A stretch of 64,000 bases of DNA from an uncultured Candidatus Rokubacteria bacterium (GTDB taxonomy: Bacteria > Methylomirabilota > Methylomirabilia > Rokubacteriales > CSP1-6). The stretch is taken from contig CAVVEU010000040.1 in the NCBI GenBank assembly GCA_963747235.1, positions 512,001-576,000 on the forward strand, in the 5' to 3' direction. The notes under the pieces are model-generated. The model ran no database searches and was not told the DNA's origin. It saw only the letters and a list, made by a program, of their open reading frames with translations. Positions within the stretch are counted from its first letter, which is position 1, and the number at the start of each line of letters is the position of its first letter. Positions 33,725 through 43,478 of the stretch are shown in pieces. The position numbers and the translations under genes are program-made.

Positions 33725-34644
33725 GACCGCGCCTCCGCGAGCCGGCCCACCACGCGCGAGAGCAGGACGCGGGCCAGGTGGCGGCGCAGGGCCGGCGAGC
33801 CGTGCACGTCGCCGGGCGGGTCGAGATCGCCGTCCAGCGCCCGGCCGGCCGCGGCGAGCGCCTCCGCGTCCGCGCGCCGGCCCGCCAGGGCGGCCTCGGC
33901 GCGCCGCGCGCGCACCGGCCGCGTGCCCACGCCGAAGAACACGAGGCGCGCTTCAACCGTGACCCCTCTTCCGTATCCGCTCGGCTCGCCTTCGGCTGCA
34001 CCTCGCCCTGCCACTGCCCCATCTCCCGCCGCGAGCCTGATCCCGGCGGCCAGGCCGGCGAGGGCGAAGTCGCCGTGGCGGCGCGCCAGCTCGTCGAAGC
34101 CCCAGCGCCACCCCGCGGCCGCGCGCGGCACCAGGATCTCGGTGACGATCTCCCCCGGCGCGAGCGCGGTCGTGTAGATCCCGCGGAAGAAGTCGTCGGC
34201 CGCGATTTCCCGGGTTCCGCCGCGGCGCCCGACTCGGATCGTCGCGCCCAGCGCGACCACGCAGGCGGGCAGCTCGGCGGCGGGGTCGGCCAGCGCGAGG
34301 CTGCCGCCGATGGTGCCGCGCGCCCGGATCGCGGAGTGGCCGACGTGCGGCATCGCCGCCGCGATGAGCGGCGCGTGCTCGCGCACCAGCGGCGAGCGCT
34401 CGAGCGCCTCCTGGCGCGCGAGCGCGCCGATCACGAGCCCGTCGGCGGTCACGCGGATGCCGTCGAGGTCCGGGATGCGGTTGATGTCGATGACCGCGCG
34501 CGGCGTGGCCAGGCGCAGGTTGAGCGCGGGCACCAGGCTCTGGCCGCCGGCCAGGAGGCGCCCGTCGTCGCCGTAGCGATCGAGGAGATCGAACGTCTCG
34601 GCGAGCGACGCCGGCCGGTGATACTCGAACGGGGCGGGCTTCAT
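33721..34644 (-). CDS. FAD-binding subunit (CoxM/CutM-like) with an in-frame insertion
   Basis: MKPAPFEYHRP, LAGGQSL, IRARGTIGGSLA.ADPAAE, RRHGDFA. Confidence 0.92.
   Translation of the reverse strand: MKPAPFEYHRPASLAETFDLLDRYGDDGRLLAGGQSLVPALNLRLATPRAVIDINRIPDLDGIRVTADGLVIGALARQEALERSPLVREHAPLIAAAMPHVGHSAIRARGTIGGSLALADPAAELPACVVALGATIRVGRRGGTREIAADDFFRGIYTTALAPGEIVTEILVPRAAAGWRWGFDELARRHGDFALAGLAAGIRLAAGDGAVAGRGAAEGEPSGYGRGVTVEARLVFFGVGTRPVRARRAEAALAGRRADAEALAAAGRALDGDLDPPGDVHGSPALRRHLARVLLSRVVGRLAEARS
33969..34006 (-). repeat. ~38-bp repeat element, intragenic copy
   Basis: GCGAGGTGCAGCCGAAGGCGAGCCGAGCGGATACGGAA; 35 of 38 positions match 40841-40877. Confidence 0.75.
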
Positions 34645-35630
34645 CCCGGGAACGAGCGGAAGGTGCGCAGGAGCGACGCGCGCGCGCCGGGGCCGGGCGG
34701 CGCGAACGGCAGCACCACCGGCGTCGCCCCGGTGCGCGCGAAGGCCGCCATCTGCGCGCGGCAGGCCTCGGCGGAGCCCACCGCGCCGAGGCCCTCGAGC
34801 ACGCGGGGCGAGATCTCCTTCACCGCGCCCGCGCGATCGCCCGCCTTCCAGGCGCGGTTGACGGCTTCCACCTCCTCCGCGAAGCCGCACTCCTCGAAGA
34901 AGCGCGCGTAGACGCTCACGATGGCGTAGCCGGTGATGTCGCGGGCCAGCGTCTCGCGCACCGGCTCGGGCTCGTCGGTCACGCAGGTGCGCACGTACAC
35001 CGCGACGTCCACGTCCGAGAGGCTCCGCCCGGCGCGCTTGGCCCCGGCCTCCACGTGGCGCACCGACGCGGGCACCGCCGCGGGCGGGATCCAGTTGAGC
35101 AGGACGCCGTCCGCCACCTCGCCCGCCAGCTCGCACATCCGGGGACCGAGCGCGGCGAGATAGATCCGCGGCGCCGGCGTCGGGGCGGGAATCGCGAGCC
35201 GAAAGTTCTTGAGCCGGTAGAACTTGCCCTCGAAGTTGACCCGCTCGCCCGCCGCGGTCATCCGGATGATCTGCACCGCCTCCCGCATCTGCTGGATGGA
35301 CGGCGCGAACGGCAGCCCGTGCCACTGCCCCACGATGATCTCGCTGGAGAGCCCGAGGCCGAGCGCGAACCGGCCCGGGGCCAGGTGCCCGAGCGTCGCG
35401 GCGGCCTGGCCGTACACGATCGGCGTGCGCGTCTGCACCGGGATCACCCCGTTGGCGATCTTGAGCGTCTGGGTGTGCGTCGCGATCAGGGTGGACAGCA
35501 CGATGGCTTCCGCGCCCGAGGCCTCGCCCACCCAGGCGGTGCGGTAGCCCCGCTGCTCCGCCTCGCGCGCGATCGCGGGGAACTCGGTCAGCGGCATGGC
35601 GAGCGAGGTCAGGGCGATGTCGATGGGCAT
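34641..35630 (-). CDS. LLM class (F420-dependent-like) oxidoreductase
   Basis: AEQRGYRTAWVGE, TRTP, GRFALGLG, IYLAALGPRM.ELAGEVADG. Confidence 0.88.
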   Translation of the reverse strand: MPIDIALTSLAMPLTEFPAIAREAEQRGYRTAWVGEASGAEAIVLSTLIATHTQTLKIANGVIPVQTRTPIVYGQAAATLGHLAPGRFALGLGLSSEIIVGQWHGLPFAPSIQQMREAVQIIRMTAAGERVNFEGKFYRLKNFRLAIPAPTPAPRIYLAALGPRMCELAGEVADGVLLNWIPPAAVPASVRHVEAGAKRAGRSLSDVDVAVYVRTCVTDEPEPVRETLARDITGYAIVSVYARFFEECGFAEEVEAVNRAWKAGDRAGAVKEISPRVLEGLGAVGSAEACRAQMAAFARTGATPVVLPFAPPGPGARASLLRTFRSFPG

Positions 35631-36253
35631 CAGATGCGCTCGCTCACGATGTACTTCTTGTTGTAGGTGTACGGCCTGACTTCCGGCTTCCAGCGGCCGA
35701 TGTCGGAGGTGTCGTTCCAGAGCGGTGACATCGGCAGGTCCGGCCGGTCCACCTCGTAGGCGGCCAGATAGCGCGGCTCGCCCGGCGTCTCGGTGCGGTA
35801 GCGCACCACGTTCACGCAGCCGGGCAGCTTGAGCAGCAGCGGGACGTGCTCGACGTCGTAGAGCTCGTTGAACAGCGCCTCGCGGTGGGGCTCGATGTCC
35901 ATCATGACCCAGAAGATGTAGGGCGTCCGGTACGTCAGCGCCGGGCTCGACCCCACCCATTCATAGGTCGCGAGGTGCCGGTTCATGGTGCGCGGGCGGA
36001 TCTCCCCGGGCCACCGGCCCGCCTCCCCCGCCGTCTTCCACGGCGGGCTCTGGAGCACGGCCGCGCTGGTGAGCTCGTAGGCCGCGAGGTAGCGCGGCTC
36101 GGTCGGCGAGGGGTGGCGATAGCGCGAGCCCCGGACGACTCCGGGCACCGCCTGGAGCAGCGGCAGGTGCTCCTTGTCGTACACGTCGTTGAACGTGGGC
36201 TCGAGATCGTGGGCGACGTCCATCCGGACCAGGTAGAGGGCATGTGGGCTCAT
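35630..36253 (-). CDS. Tandem DUF4286/EthD-like dimeric alpha-beta barrel protein
   Basis: Two internal repeats FN..YD.EH.P.L...PG...RY...PRYLAAYE. Confidence 0.75.
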   Translation of the reverse strand: MSPHALYLVRMDVAHDLEPTFNDVYDKEHLPLLQAVPGVVRGSRYRHPSPTEPRYLAAYELTSAAVLQSPPWKTAGEAGRWPGEIRPRTMNRHLATYEWVGSSPALTYRTPYIFWVMMDIEPHREALFNELYDVEHVPLLLKLPGCVNVVRYRTETPGEPRYLAAYEVDRPDLPMSPLWNDTSDIGRWKPEVRPYTYNKKYIVSERI

Positions 36254-36286
36254 CGTGAGGCCTCCCGGCGCAGCACTATCTCACAG

Positions 36287-37347
36287 TCAGCGGGCGCTGC
36301 GGAACGGCCGAAAGAATGCGCGGAGCTCCTCGGCCAGCACGTCCGGCGCCTCGCCCGCGACGAAGTGGCCGCCGCGGGGCAGATCCACCCAGCGGCGGAT
36401 GTCGGCGAAGCTGCGCTCCGCGAGCTCTCGCGGCGGGCGCTGGATGGCCTCGCTGGTGAGGGCGACGCCGGTGGGCACCGTGATGCGCGCGGTGATGCGC
36501 CGGGTCTCGCGGGCCCGCTCGTAGTACGACCGGTTCGCCGCGTTGGCGGTCCCGGTGACCCAGTAGAGCGTGACATTGGCCAGGAGCAGATCCCGGCTCA
36601 GGCGACGGGACGCCTCCGCCGGCTCGCCCGTCCACGCGAGCCACTTCTCCACGATCCAGGCCGCGAGCCCGGCCGGCGAATCGTGGAGCCCGTAGCCCAG
36701 CGTCTGGGGCCGGGTCTCCTGGATCCGGTTGTAGCCGCCCTCCTCTCGCTCCCAGCGCTCCTGCAGCCGGGCGAAGGCCTCCTCGGCCGGGGTGAGCGGC
36801 CGCGCGTCGGCGCCGATCACCGCGGGCGGGAAGTTCGGCATCAGCGTGTGCAGCGCGATCAGGCGCTCCGGATGGTCCGCGGCGAGCCAGGCGCTGATCA
36901 CCGCGCCGATGTCGTTGGCATGCGCGGCGTAGCGCGGATAGCCGAGCCCCTCCATGAGGCTCGCCCAGAGCCCGGCCACGCGGCTCCGCGTCATCCCGCG
37001 GCCGGGCCGGTCGGAGAAGCCGAAGCCGGGCACCGACGGCACGATCACGTCGAAGGCGTCGGCGGGGTCTCCGCCGTGCGCCGCCGGGTCGGCGAGGAGC
37101 GGGATCAGCGCGAGCATCTCGACGAAGGAGCTGGGCCAGCCGTGGGTGATGAGCAGCGGCAGCGGCGCGGGCCCCGCCCGCGCTGGTGGATCAGGTGGAT
37201 GCCGACGCCGTCCACCTGGGCCCGGAAGTGCGGCACCGCGTTCATCGCCCGCTCCGCCGCGCGCCAGTCGAACGAGCCGCGCCAGTACTCGACCAGCTCG
37301 CGCATGTAGGCGAGGCTCGCGCCGACCACGAACGGCGTGAGCTCCAT
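36287..37347 (-). CDS. Epoxide hydrolase (frameshift near 37180)
   Basis: YWRGSFDWR, HGWPSSF, PSVPGFGFS, NDIG, DSPAGLAAWIVEK, GGHF. Confidence 0.9.
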
Positions 37348-37507
37348 TCACGGCCTCCGGGCCTAGCTTGCCACGGCCTCCGCCTCCCGGCCCAGAAGCC
37401 GGTCCGGGCCGCCTCCGTAGCCTCCCCGTACCTCCCGGGAGCTCTCCGTAGTTCGAGGGGATCACGGACCTCCGGGAGTAACATGGCTATCGCCAAGGGG
37501 GCATCTC

Positions 37508-38005
37508 ATGAGCGAGTTCATGGATAGCCAGACTCAGATCTTCCACGAAGAGGCGTTCCTCCATCTTCTGAACCGGGAGGCCATCCGGGCCACCCGGTAC
37601 CAGGACTTCTTCACGGTCTGTCTCTTGCGGCCAGACGGGCCCGCCGACCGGCGGCGCGTCTCGGAGGAAGTCGAGCGGGCCGTCTCCCAGAAGGTTCCTG
37701 AGTTCGTCCGGGGGACCGACATGGTGGGACAGCTCTCGTCGGCCATCGCGGTCATCCTGCTGCACACCGCCGGCGAGGATGCCCTGCGAGTCGCCGAGCG
37801 GATCCGCACCAACATCGAGCAGGTGGCCTTCCGGGAGGGCTCCGACGGGCCGCCCCAGCGCCTCACCGTGAGCGTGGGGAAGGTCTCGTTCCCGCAGGAC
37901 GGTCACACCGATGCCGCGCTCCTGTCCCAGGCGCTGGCGTTCCTCGACCAGGCCGCGCACCGCGGCGGCAATCAGGTGACCGACAGCGGCGAGGTCCTGG
38001 ACTAG
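37508..38005 (+). CDS. Degenerate stand-alone GGDEF-like domain protein
   Basis: L.RE..RATRY, VRGTDMVG, AERIR, LTVSVG...FPQDG...ALL..A; the GG(D/E)EF motif is absent. Confidence 0.7.
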   Translation: MSEFMDSQTQIFHEEAFLHLLNREAIRATRYQDFFTVCLLRPDGPADRRRVSEEVERAVSQKVPEFVRGTDMVGQLSSAIAVILLHTAGEDALRVAERIRTNIEQVAFREGSDGPPQRLTVSVGKVSFPQDGHTDAALLSQALAFLDQAAHRGGNQVTDSGEVLD

Positions 38006-38136
38006 ATCCGCCCGCCCGCCGCGCCGAAGGTCGGCGCGGCTCGTACCCGCCGGTGATGAGCGCCTGCCCCTTGCCCCGGGCCCGCTTCGCCCGTATCTTC
38101 ATCAGACCGCACACCCCCACTCACAGGAGACGACCG

Positions 38137-38715
38137 ATGCCGCCAGTTGACCCGAACGAAGTGATGATGACCGGCGAGAACTCCTTCATCCGGCTGAGCC
38201 CCGACGGCGGCAAGACGCTGTCCGATCGCGCGAGCCACTGGCGGGTGCTGTGGTGCCCGGCGGGCGGCGGCCACGCGCTGTTCCTCCAGAGCACGCTCAC
38301 CGACGGACGGGTCCGCATCTACAGCGACAACATCGCGGTGGCACGCTGGCTGCAGAAGTCCATCGAGACCCTGCTCTTCCCCGCCTTCGCGGACACGTCC
38401 ATCCCGGTGATCGGGGCGCGCTTCGAGCGGCAGGGCGGCCCCTGGTCGAGCGCGACCGAGACGGTGCTGGCGGTGGACGCGCGGGTGACCATGACCTGGT
38501 ACGACTGCATCGAGCCCTTCGTGCTCAACGCGCCTCCCGGCTTCAACGACCGGCCGATCGGCGTCTTCAGCACGTTCTTCCCGGCGCGCGCGGCCCAGCT
38601 CGAGATCAACGGCAAGGTGGCGCCGAACAGTGTGTGGCCGGAGATGCGCGGCGATCGCCAGGGCAGCAGCGCCACCCTGGCCTGGTCCGAGACCTGGGTG
38701 AAGCCGCGCGGCTAG
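38137..38715 (+). CDS. Conserved-looking hypothetical protein
   Basis: AGGAG RBS, host-like codons, beta-rich sequence (GENSFIRL, SHWRV, AWSETW). Confidence 0.7.
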   Translation: MPPVDPNEVMMTGENSFIRLSPDGGKTLSDRASHWRVLWCPAGGGHALFLQSTLTDGRVRIYSDNIAVARWLQKSIETLLFPAFADTSIPVIGARFERQGGPWSSATETVLAVDARVTMTWYDCIEPFVLNAPPGFNDRPIGVFSTFFPARAAQLEINGKVAPNSVWPEMRGDRQGSSATLAWSETWVKPRG

Positions 38716-38727
38716 CGGGAGGCACGG

Positions 38728-39600
38728 GTGAGCGGGCGGCTCGACGGCAAGGTCGCGATCATCACCGGGGGCGGCAGCGGCATCGGCCGCGCCACCGCGC
38801 TCACGTTCCTTCGCGAGAGCGCCCGGGTGGTGATCGGCGACCTGAACGAGGCGGGGCTGGCCGAGACCGTCGCGCTCGCCCGCGCGCAGGGGCACGCGGA
38901 TCGGCTGGCCACGCTGCGCGGCGACGTCTCGACCGAGGCCCACGTGGCGGGCCTCGTCGTCCTCGCGGTCGAGCGCTTCCACGGGCTCGACTGCGTCTTC
39001 AACAACGCGGGGGTCGGGGGCGCGTTCGGGCCCGTCGGCGAGACCACCGCGGAGGAGTGGGACTTCACGTTCGCGGTGCTGGCGCGCGGCGTGTTCCTCG
39101 GCATCAAGCACGCGTCGATTCGCATGAAGGCGCAGGGTCGCGGCGGCAGCATCATCAGCACCGCGTCGATCGCGGGCGTCGGGGGCGGCGCCGGTCCGCA
39201 CGCCTACTCCGCGGCCAAGGCCGCGGTGGTCAATCTCACCCGCTCGGTCTCCACCGAGCTGGCCGCCCACCGCATCCGGGTCAACGCGATCGCCCCCGGC
39301 ATGATCCGGACCCCGCTCGCCACCGGCCACCGGGAAGAAGCCTGGGATCGCCTGGTGCGGGAGAAGCAGCCGTGGCCGGAGCCGGGCCTGCCGCAGCACA
39401 TCGCGGACACCGCGCTCTTCCTGGCCGGCGAGGAGTCCCGCTTCATCACCGGGCAGGTGATCGTGGTGGACGGCGGGCTGACCGCGCAGGGCCCCGATCT
39501 CTTCGGTCACGACGCGGGCAGCCGCCTGCTGCGGAAGGCCGGACTCAATACGGGCAGCACCGGTCTGCCCGGGACAGTCCGCGAGGTCCCCCGCCCCTAG
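38728..39600 (+). CDS. SDR family oxidoreductase
   Basis: TGGGSGIG, NNAG, YSAAK, IRVNAIAPG. Confidence 0.93.
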   Translation: MSGRLDGKVAIITGGGSGIGRATALTFLRESARVVIGDLNEAGLAETVALARAQGHADRLATLRGDVSTEAHVAGLVVLAVERFHGLDCVFNNAGVGGAFGPVGETTAEEWDFTFAVLARGVFLGIKHASIRMKAQGRGGSIISTASIAGVGGGAGPHAYSAAKAAVVNLTRSVSTELAAHRIRVNAIAPGMIRTPLATGHREEAWDRLVREKQPWPEPGLPQHIADTALFLAGEESRFITGQVIVVDGGLTAQGPDLFGHDAGSRLLRKAGLNTGSTGLPGTVREVPRP

Positions 39601-39704
39601 CCTCTCACTCGCGCCCAGGCGGAGTGCCGTCTCCGTTTCGGGCGTGTTGCCCGGTGGCGCCAACCGACCGCAACCACGACGACCACTTATGGACCGCCCC
39701 GCCC

Positions 39705-39720
39705 TGGCGCGCCGCTTGCT
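39705..39720 (+). promoter_or_regulatory. Sigma54 (-24/-12) promoter
   Basis: TGGCGC-GCCGC-TTGCT about 70 bp upstream of the FecR-like gene. Confidence 0.65.
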
Positions 39721-39738
39721 CCCTGAGCTTCCGTTCGG

Positions 39739-39774
39739 CCCGCTCACACCCGAACCCCCGCTCACACCCGAACC
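39739..39774 (+). repeat. Perfect 18-bp tandem duplication CCCGCTCACACCCGAACC x2
   Basis: Direct reading; lies immediately before an AAGGAGG RBS. Confidence 0.85.
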
Positions 39775-39787
39775 AAGGAGGCGCACG

Positions 39788-40831
39788 ATGACGTGGCACC
39801 GGCACAGTGTGGTGGCGATGGCGCTGATGGCTCCCCTCCTGATCCCGTCGCTGGCGATGGCCCAGGGCGCGGTGACCGCGACGCTCAGCGTGCTGACCGC
39901 GCCGGTCGAGCGCATCGCGGGCGACACGGGCCCCACCGAGCCCGGAATCACCGGCATGAACCTGGCGGAAGGCGACCGCATCCGCACCGGCGCGGGCGGC
40001 ATCGCGCTCATCACGTTCCTGAACGGCAGCACCGTCACCCTGCTCTCCGACACCGAGGTCACGGTGAAGCAGGCGCCCACCGGCCGCACGAAGGCCGCGG
40101 GGATCCGCATGCTGATCCACGCCGGGCGGGTCTGGGCGCGCGTGGCGCAGGCGGCGGGGAGCCGCTCGACGCTCACGCTGGAGTCCAACGACTACACCGC
40201 GACCGCTCACGACGGGCTGATCGGCGCCGAGCAGATGGCGGGCGCCTTCGTGTGCTGGACGCGGCGGGGCACGCTGTGGCTCACCGACCGGAGCGGCCAG
40301 ACCGACACGGTGCTGTTGGCCGGGCAGCGCGCGCGGGCGCGGTTCGGCCAGCCGGTGACCGCCGAGCCCTTCGCGCCGAGCGCGAGCACGCTCGAGGTCC
40401 GCACCACGGGGCCGGTGGTGCCGCTGCTGCGCATGCCCGACGGAAGCCAGGCCGCGGGATTTCTCGCGCCCGACGTCGAGATCAACCAGGTCTTCGGCTC
40501 GCTGACCGAGGCCAAGGGAGGACAGCGCTGGCTGGTGGAGGTGCCGGGCGGCCACGAGGGCCCCTACACCTTGATCCTGACCGGCATCGGCACGGGGCCG
40601 TTCACCGCGCGGATCACCGCGCGCTACGTCGGCTTCTCCGCCTACCGACAGGACATCCGGGGCGAGGCGCGGCCCGACGAGCGGCTCTTCACCCGCATCA
40701 CGCAGGTCGTGAAGGGACAGGATCCGATGACCGCGCGAGCGGTGGAGGCGAGCGTGGATGGCCTGCGCGTCTGGGACGCCGCCGAGCCCGCGGCGATCAC
40801 GGCTTCACCGGTCGCCGGTCTGGCGAGGTGA
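39788..40831 (+). CDS. Secreted FecR-domain protein
   Basis: Signal peptide, L.EGDRIRTG..G.A.ITFLNGS.V.L..DTEV. Confidence 0.75.
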   Translation: MTWHRHSVVAMALMAPLLIPSLAMAQGAVTATLSVLTAPVERIAGDTGPTEPGITGMNLAEGDRIRTGAGGIALITFLNGSTVTLLSDTEVTVKQAPTGRTKAAGIRMLIHAGRVWARVAQAAGSRSTLTLESNDYTATAHDGLIGAEQMAGAFVCWTRRGTLWLTDRSGQTDTVLLAGQRARARFGQPVTAEPFAPSASTLEVRTTGPVVPLLRMPDGSQAAGFLAPDVEINQVFGSLTEAKGGQRWLVEVPGGHEGPYTLILTGIGTGPFTARITARYVGFSAYRQDIRGEARPDERLFTRITQVVKGQDPMTARAVEASVDGLRVWDAAEPAAITASPVAGLAR

Positions 40832-40840
40832 GCCGGCTTG

Positions 40841-40877
40841 GCGAGGTGAGCTGAAGGCGAGCCGAGCGGATCCGGAA
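40841..40877 (+). repeat. ~37-bp repeat element, intergenic copy
   Basis: GCGAGGTGAGCTGAAGGCGAGCCGAGCGGATCCGGAA; matches 33969-34006 on the minus strand. Confidence 0.75.
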
Positions 40878-40902
40878 ATCCGGACGCTAGCGCGATCGGG
40901 AG

Positions 40903-41671
40903 CTAGAGCGACACCTGGCCGCCGTCCACGTAGAGCGACGTGCCGGTCACGTAGGAGGCGTCGTCGGACGCGAGGAACAGGATGCAGGCGGCGACCTCGG
41001 CGGGCGTCCCCGGCCGCCGGAGCATGGTGCCGTGGCCGAACTCGGCCTGGAACTGCTCGAAGGTCTTGCCCGCGGTGGCGGCCCGCCGCTCATGGAAGCG
41101 GGTGAAGATCGGGCCCGGGCACACCGCGTTCACCCGGATCCCCTCGCCCGCGTGATCGAACGCCATCGCGCGGGTGAGGCCCGCCACCGCGGCCTTGGTG
41201 GTGTCGTACTGCACCATGTTGCCGCCCGCGACCACCGAGCGGATCGAGGCCACGTTCACGATGCTGCCGCCGCCGGTCTGGCGCATCAGGGGGATCGCCG
41301 CCTTCGCGCAGAACGCGTAGCCCTTCACGTTCACGGCCAGGATCGCGTCCCAGCTCTCCTCGCTCGCGTCCACCACCGTCTGGTAGAGGCGCATCCCCGC
41401 GTTGTTGACGAGGATGTCCAGCCGACCGAACTCGGCGTGGGCGGCCCGGACGAAGCGGACGCACTCGGCCTCCCGCTCGGTGTGCGTCTCCACGAAGATC
41501 GCGCGGGCGCCCTTGGCGCGGATCTCGTCGGCCACCACGCGGCCCCGCGCCGCGTCGATGATCCGCGAGGGCCACGTGCGCGCCCTCATCGGCCAGGCGC
41601 CGCGCGGTCGCCTCGCCGATCCCCGAGGCGCCGCCGGTGACCGCCGCCACCTTCCCGCTGAGCCGGCCCAT
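40903..41671 (-). CDS. SDR family oxidoreductase (frameshift near 41565)
   Basis: [26 protein letters not shown]. Confidence 0.9.
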
Positions 41672-41684
41672 GCGCGCGCCGGCC

Positions 41685-42870
41685 TCAGCGCGCCAGCGCG
41701 GCGCGCATCACGGACAGCCCCACGCGCAGCGCCACCGGCAGGCCCGCCTCGTTCATCTCGAACTCCGGCGCGTGGTGCGGCCGGGCCGCGCCGGTCGCCG
41801 AGCCGATGCCGACGCGGAAGTAGCAGCCCGGGCGCTCGCGCAGGAAGAGGCTCATGTCGTCGCTGGCCATGACCACGCGCCCGTCGGTCACCGCCTCCCC
41901 GCCGACCTCGTCCACCGCGCAGCGCCCGCACGAACTCGGTCTCCTTGGCGTGGTTGACCACCGCCGGGCACGAGTAGTCGAAGCGCGTGGTCGCCTCCGC
42001 GCGGTAGGCCTTCGCGATATCGGCGGCGAAGGCGCCGAGCCGGGAGACGAGATGATCCCGCACCGACTGCTCGAAGGCGCGGATCGTGCCGCGCATGATC
42101 GCGCGGTCCGGGATGATGTTGCCCTTGGTGCCGGAGACGATCTGCCCCACCGTCAGCACCGCGGTGTCCTGGGCCGGGACCTCGCGCGAGATCAGGGCCT
42201 GCATGCCCAGCAGGATGCTCGCGGCGGCGGTGATGGGATCCACGGAGAGATGCGGCATCGCGCCGTGGCCGCCGCTGCCCCGCACCTCGACCGTGAAGGC
42301 GTCCGCCGAGGCCATGGACGGCCCGGGGCGCACCTGGACCTGGCCGACCGGCTGCTGGGTCGTGAGGTGCAGGCCGTAGATCTCCTCCACCCGCGGGTTC
42401 TCGAGCGCGCCCGCGTCGATCATCGGGCGCGCGCCGCCCAGCACCTCCTCGGCGGGCTGGAAGAGGAACACCGCCGTCCCGGGCATCTCCGCGCGCCGCG
42501 CGGCCAGGATGTCCGCCATCGTGATCGCGATCGCGGTGTGGCCGTCGTGCCCGCACGCGTGCATCACGCCCGGCGTGCCGGAGGTGAAGGGCGCCTCGAG
42601 CAGCTCGGTGAGCGGCAGCGCGTCGATGTCGGCGCGCCAGGCGATGGTCGGCCCCGGCCGGTCGCCGTGGAGCACGCCCACCACCCCGGTGCCACCGACG
42701 CCGGTCCGGACGTCCAGCTTCGCCGCGTGCAGGCGCTCCGCGATGATCTCCGCGGTGCGCCGCTCCTGATGGCTCAGCTCCGGATGGCGGTGGAAGTCGC
42801 GACGGAGCGCGACCAGATCGTCCGCGCGCTTGGTGATCTCCTGGCTCCATCCGGGGCGTGTCTTGCTCAT
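41685..42870 (-). CDS. M20D family amidohydrolase (frameshift near 41925)
   Basis: [43 protein letters not shown]. Confidence 0.92.
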
Positions 42871-43053
42871 CCGGGCGTCTCCTCGCAGCGGTAGTTTTTA
42901 CGCGGTCCCGATGCTGCGCCGGGGGCCCGCCCGCTGTCAACCGCTCCCGTGCCCTGCCAAGATTGAGCCGCGCCGGTGACCACGGTGGGAACCTACCCGA
43001 TGGTCCAATACCGCCAACCCTTGGAATTGCCCGGCTTTCCTTCGTGTCGGGGC

Positions 43054-43069
43054 TGGCCCGTCGCTTGCT
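43054..43069 (+). promoter_or_regulatory. Sigma54 (-24/-12) promoter
   Basis: TGGCCC-GTCGC-TTGCT 18 bp upstream of the PilZ gene. Confidence 0.55.
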
Positions 43070-43087
43070 CCACACTCTTGACCATCG

Positions 43088-43420
43088 ATGGAAGTCACCC
43101 CTCGCGTCGCCAGCCGCCGTCTGCACGTCCGGAAGCACGTCTCGTGGACCGCGTGGGTCACGGTCGGGAAGACCCGCGTGCGTTGCCACACCGTGGACCT
43201 GAGCGCCAATGGCGCCCGGCTCAAGCCGCGCGGGAACTTCCAGCCCGGGACGCCGATCGAGCTGCAGTTCCAGCCTCCGGATGGACCGTTGATGGAGGTC
43301 GCCGCGGTCGTGTGGCGGGTGGAATCGGACAGCATGGCCGTCATGTTCCTCCGCAACATCGCGGTGCAGGTGACCGCGCCCACCCGGATGCCGGAGCACG
43401 GCCGCCGCGGCTGGCGATAG
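43088..43420 (+). CDS. Stand-alone PilZ domain protein
   Basis: RRLHVR (RxxxR) and DLSANGARL (DxSxxG). Confidence 0.85.
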   Translation: MEVTPRVASRRLHVRKHVSWTAWVTVGKTRVRCHTVDLSANGARLKPRGNFQPGTPIELQFQPPDGPLMEVAAVVWRVESDSMAVMFLRNIAVQVTAPTRMPEHGRRGWR

Positions 43421-43478
43421 TCCCCTTCCTCGCGATTCCCCCGCGACGTCACCGTCACTGAGCGGTGAGCCCAGCCCC

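Noticed and set aside
30868-34644. Aerobic CO dehydrogenase
   Set aside because: The active-site loop is QYRAVGHP, not AYxCSFR, and no coxDEFG accessory genes are present.
37347-37508. c-di-GMP riboswitch upstream of the GGDEF-like or PilZ genes
   Set aside because: No GEMM-type core or tetraloop/receptor pattern is recognisable.
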